A stretch of DNA of 64,000 nucleotides, taken from contig JANJGN010000010.1 in the NCBI GenBank assembly GCA_026770705.1, positions 91,822,001 to 91,886,000 on the forward strand. Reading direction: 5' to 3'. Of the stretch, positions 55,601 through 61,600 are shown in pieces. Below the pieces are notes generated by a model. That model was not told the DNA's origin. It was given only the letters and a program-made list of their open reading frames with translations, and searched no databases. The stretch is from Isurus oxyrinchus (Eukaryota). Position numbers and translations under genes: made by a program. The first letter of the stretch is position 1; every line of letters begins with the position of its first letter.

Positions 55601-58600
55601 ATACCTTTCTTTTTCATTGATGTTATTCCTGAACATTTGGAGTGCTGCATAATCCCTCGCTCTCGGACGATCATTACACTTTCTCTACCTGGTCCAATGT
55701 GCATTGGTGTTTACACAATTATTGAAAAGCGCTGACCTCCTGACAACATACAGGTCAGCTGGACTGTGTAAATGGACAGTGTTTGTATTCTGAGATCTGG
55801 CATTATGCTGCCACTGGATGATCGGCCATCTTCTGACACTTGGATTTGTTTTTTTACACTTGTATAGTGAATTACATTCACACTTGTATGAGAACCAAAT
55901 GATGGTTTACGCAGCTTCTCTGGGAGCTCTGTTTCTGCCAAAACTATGGCGAGTGATCAGTGCGGCCCAGTGGACATTCATTGGCAATGACATTGACCAA
56001 TGCTTATTATGTTTATTAGAAACTCTCATTGATTCAATTCTGGGATCTCTATTTTCTCTCAAATTGAGTTGAGGGATTACTGGTGGCACAGTGGAATTTC
56101 GCAGTCAATGACGTTGACCAATGCCCCAGAATTAAATCAGTGAGAGATTCTAATAAATGTGTATTTTGAACCATTTATTTTGCAATTTTGATCAGAATCA
56201 ATCTTGGGTCAGTTTGGCATCCATTTGTCATCAACATAGCAGCCAGTGTGCTCCACAAATCTACAAGATTAGTGCATTAAGACACTTGAGCCTCTTCCTC
56301 AGCCTCCAGTTGCTCAAATGTTCGAGCATTCTATTAAGAGGTCATCAGATTTTTGCAGTTTTGTGTCATAAATTATCTTACGTTTTTCTTTCCGGTTATT
56401 TAAACAAAGATGTGTCAATCAATCCTCATTCTGCTTTAAATTCATTATAGTTTTCATTCTTCTTTTCCTGAGATACCAACTGATTACTCTTCACCAGGTA
56501 AAAAAATACATGCTAGCCAGTGACTATCTTTGATCTCCTGATATTTGGACTCCAGGACAAACAAGTCATATAAGTATAAATACATGAACTGGTCATCTGG
56601 TATTGAGCTCAGCCATGGAGTCAACAAAGGCGCACCCAGCCCAGTGGACGCTGTAAAGTTCATCTCACTACCATCTGGCGCACTTGTGCCAAAATTGAGA
56701 GAGCTGCCCCACAAAAGCTTGAGACATAGTCACACTCACAGAATCCTAGATTTCAGCCAACATCCCAGACTCCTCCATCTGCATTCCTGAGTATATCCTG
56801 TCAACAAGTCACCAGTTTTGTATCAAATTGTTTGTGTTTTTGTTAGCGTACTGTTCGTCAAACAACCTCCAGTCAGTATAGATCAAAGTTTTAATTCTTC
56901 TTTTTCGGATGAACCTACCATCCACTATCCACCAGGCAAGAATACTTCTGCTAGTGAGTGACTTTCTTTCATTTCCTTCTTTTTTGGCGCATGCCCCGTT
57001 TTCAATGCATTGAAATTTGAGTGTCAGCTGTGGCCTAGTTGACAGAAAAGCTGCCACTGAGACAATGATTATATTTTTAAATTTCACTCCAGCATTTGAG
57101 CACAGCGATCTGGGTGACACTCCAGTGCAGTACTGAGGGAGGGCTGCACTTTGGAGATGTTGTCTTTTGCATGAATACTGGAAGCGCGGCCCTGTTTACA
57201 CCCTCAGGATGACATAACAAGGCATTATTTTGGGATAGAACTGATGGGTTATTTGCTGAGTCTTGCTGTATTTATGCTTGAATACACATGACAAAAACAG
57301 ATTATCTTTTCCTGATCACGTTGCTTATCATATAAGGTGCAGTGGTGTATTCCTCATCGCTGGTTGATATCAATAACCCCCAGCACTATTTGAGAAAAGA
57401 ATAGAGCTGTCATTCTCCATATCTCGGTTAATATTGATCCTTTAATCAACCTCACAAAAACACATCACCTGATAATCATTACTTGGCTGTTTGTGGCAAT
57501 TTCCTGTGTGCTAACTGGCTGTTGTTTTTCCTAAATTACAAAAGTGCTATCATTTGAAATGCACTTCATTGGCTTTATAGTACAGTGTCACAACATTGGT
57601 CAAGTAAAGTGAAATATAAATTTATACCTTTCTTTTTCATTGATGTTATTCCTGAACATTTGGAGTGCTGCATAATCCCTTGCTCTCAGATGATCATTAC
57701 ATTTCCTCTACCTGGTCCAATGTTCATAGCTGTTTACACAATTATTGAAAAGAGCTGACCTCCGGACAACACACAGGTCAGCTGGACTGTGTATATGGAC
57801 AGTGTTTGTATTCAGAGATCTGGCGTTATACTGTCACTGGATGATCGACCATCTTCTGACACTTGGAAGGCAATGATACGATTTGTTTTTTCACAATTGT
57901 ATAGTGAATTACATTCACACTCGTATGAGAACCAAATGACGGTTTACGGCGCTTCTCTGGGAGCCGTGTTTCTGCCAAAACTATGGCGTGTGTGCAGTGC
58001 GGCTCAGTGGACATTCATGGGCAATAACATTGACCAATGCTTATTATGTTTATTAGAATCCCTCACAGATACAATGCTGGGATCTCTATCTTCTCTCAAA
58101 ATGAGGTGAGGGATTACTATTGGCACAATGGAATTTCGCAGTCAATGACGTTGACCAGTGCCCCGGAATTAAGTCAGTGAGAGATTCTAATAAATGTGTA
58201 ATTTGAACCATTTATTTTGCTATTTTGATCAGAATCAATCTTGGGTCAGTTTGGCATCCATTTGGCATCAACATAGCAGCCAGTGTGCTCCACAAATCTA
58301 CAGGATTAGTGCATTAAGATACTTGAGCCTGTTCCTCAACCTCCAGTTGCTCAAATGTTCGATCATTCTGCAAAAGGGTCATCAGATTTTTGCAGTTTTG
58401 TGTCATAAATTATTTTGCGTTCTTCCTTCCTGTTATTTAAACACAGATATGTGAGCAATCTTCATTTTGCTTTAAATTCATTTTAGTTTTCATTCTTCTT
58501 TTCCAGAGAAACCTACCGACTACTTTCCACCAGGTAAAAAATACATGCTAGTCAGTAACTATCTTTGATCTCCTGACATTTGGACTCCTGACCAGGCTTC

Positions 58601-61600
58601 CAGACTTTTAAATACCGGCAATGGGCAGGTTATGAGAAATCTGGCCCCTGAGGCAAAGTAAGTTCAAATCCCACTCCAGGACAAACAAGTCAAAAAAGTA
58701 AAAATATACAGACAGGTCATCTGGTATTGAGCTCGGCCATGGAGTCAATAAAGACGCACCCACCCCAGGGTTCGCTGTAAAGTTCATCTAACTACCATCT
58801 GGCAACTTGTGCCAAAATTGAGAGAGCTGCCCTACAGATTAGTCACACAACAGGTTGAGACATAGTCATACTCACAGAATCCTAGATTTCAGCCAACATC
58901 CCAGACTCCTCCATCACCATTCCTGAGTATGTCCCATCAACAAGCAGGTAGACCCACCAGCCCAGTGGTATCAAGGCACTCGAGCCTTTTCTGCACGCTT
59001 CAGTTTCTGTTGCTGGAATGTTCGGCCATTCTGACAAGCGGGCATCAGCTGTCATTCTGTGCATGTAACTATGTCTCGACCTTTTGTGTGACTAATCTGT
59101 GGGTCAGCTCTCTCAATTTTGGCACAAGTCACCAGTTTTGTATCAAATTGTTTCTTTTTTTTTGTTAACATGCTGTTCATCAAACAACCGCCAGTCGGTA
59201 TAGATTAAAGTTTTAATTCTTCTTTTTCAGATGAACCTACCGTCTACTATCCACCAGGCAAGAATATACCTGCTAGTGAGTGATTATCTTTGATTTCCTG
59301 CTATCTTGACCCAGGCCCCGTTTTCAATGCATCGAAATTTGAGTGTCAGCCTTGGCCTAGTTGGCAGAAAAGCTGCCTCTGTGGCAAAGTTTATAATTTT
59401 AAATTTCACTCCAGGATTTTAGCACAGCAATCTGGGTGATACTCTTGTACAGTACTGAGGGAGGGCTGCACTGTGGAGGTATTGTCTTTTGCATCAATAC
59501 TGGAAGTGCGGCCCTGTGTACACCGTCAGGATGACATAACCAGGCATTATTTTGCGATAGAACTGATGGGTTATTTGCAGAGTCTTGGCGTGTTTATGCT
59601 TGAATACACATGACAAAAACAGATTATCTTTTCATGATCACATTGCTATTCATGTAAGGTGCAGTGTTGTATTCCTCATCTCAGGTCGACATCAACAACC
59701 CTCAGCACTATTTCAGAAAAGAGTAGAGCTGTTATTATCCGTATCTCGGTTAATATTTACCCCTCAAACAACGTCACAAAAACACATTATCTGGTAATCA
59801 TTATGTGGCTGTTTGTGGGAATTTCCTGTATGATAATTGGCTGTTGTTTTTCCTAAATTACAAAAGTGCTGCCATTTCAAGTGTCTTTAAAGTAATGTGT
59901 GACTACATTGGTCAAGAAAGGTGAAATATAAATTTATACCTTTCTTTTTCACTGATGTTATTCCTGAACACTTGGCATGCTGCATAATCCCTCGCTCTCA
60001 GATGTTCATTGCATTTCCTGTACCTGGTCCAATGTTCATAGCTGTTTACACAATTATTGAAAAGCGCTGACCTCCGGACAACACACAGGTCAGCTGGATT
60101 GTGTATATGGATAGTGTTTGTATTCTGAGATCTGGCGTTATACGGCCACTGGATGATCGACCATCTTCTGACACTTGGAAGGCAATGACACGATTTGTTT
60201 TTTTACAATTGTACAGTGAATTACATTCACTCTCGTATGAGAACCAAATGACGGTTTAAGCCGCTTTTCATGGAGCTCTGTTTTTGCCAAAACTATGGCG
60301 AGTGATCAGTGCGGCCCAGTGGATATTCATTGGCAATAACATTGACCAATGCTTATTATGTTTATTAGGAACTCTCATTGATTCCATTCTGGGATCTCTA
60401 TTTTCTCTCAAATTGAGGTGAGTGATTACTGGTGGCACAGTGAATTTCCCGGTCAATGATATTGACCAGTGCCCCAGAATTAAATCAGTGAGAGATTCTA
60501 ATAAATGTGTGATTTGAACCATTTATTTTGCAATTTTGATCAGAATCAATCTTGGGTCAGTTTGGCATCCATTTGGCATCAACATAGCAGCCAGTGTGCT
60601 CCACAAATCTCCAAGATTAGTGCATTAAGACATTTGAGCCTCTTCCTCAGCCTCCAGCTGCTCAAATATTCGACCATTCTGCTAAGCGGTCATCAGATTT
60701 TTGCAGTTTTGTGTCATAAATTATCTTGCTTCTTCCTTCCGGTTATTTAAACAAAGATATGTCAAACAATCTTCATTCTGCTTTAAATTCAATATAGTTT
60801 TAATTCTTCTTTTCCAGAGAGACCTACTGACTACTCTCCACCAGGTAAAAAATACATGCTAGTCAGTGACTATCTTTGATCTCCTGACATTTGGGCTGCT
60901 GTCCACGCTTCCACTGTATCCAACTTTTAAAGTGCTGGCAATGGCCAAGTTTTCAGAAATCCCTGAGGCAAAATAAGTTCAAATCCCACTCAATGACAAA
61001 CAAGTCAAATAAGTAAAAATATATGGAGAGGTCATCTGGTATTGAGCTCGGCCACGGAGTCAACAAAGGCGCACCCAGCCCAGGGGACACTGTAAAGTTC
61101 ATCTCACTACTATCTGACAACTTGTGCCAAAATTGAGAGAGCTGCCCCACAGATTAATCACACAACAGGTGGGGACCTAGTCACTCTCACAGAATCCTAG
61201 ATTTCAGCCAATATCCCAGACTTCTCCATCACCATTCCTGAGTATGTCGTACCCACAGGCAGGAAGACCCACCAAAGGAGGCAGCACAGAGATATCAAGT
61301 CCCTTGAGCCCGATCCGCAAACTTCAGTTTCTGTTGCTAGAATATTTAGCCATTCTGACAAGCGGAAATCACCATTTTCTGTGACACAGTTTTGTATCAA
61401 AAATTATTTATTGTTTGTCCATTTTTTTTGTTGATAGTGTCCAGTGTCAGGCAAACAATCTTCATTCTGTTTACTATTGATTAAAGTTTTAATTCTTCTT
61501 TTTCAGAAGAACCTACCGTATACTATCCACCAGGCAAGAATACACCTGCTAGTAAGTGACAATCTTTGATTTCCTGCTATTTTGACCTAGGCCTCATTTT

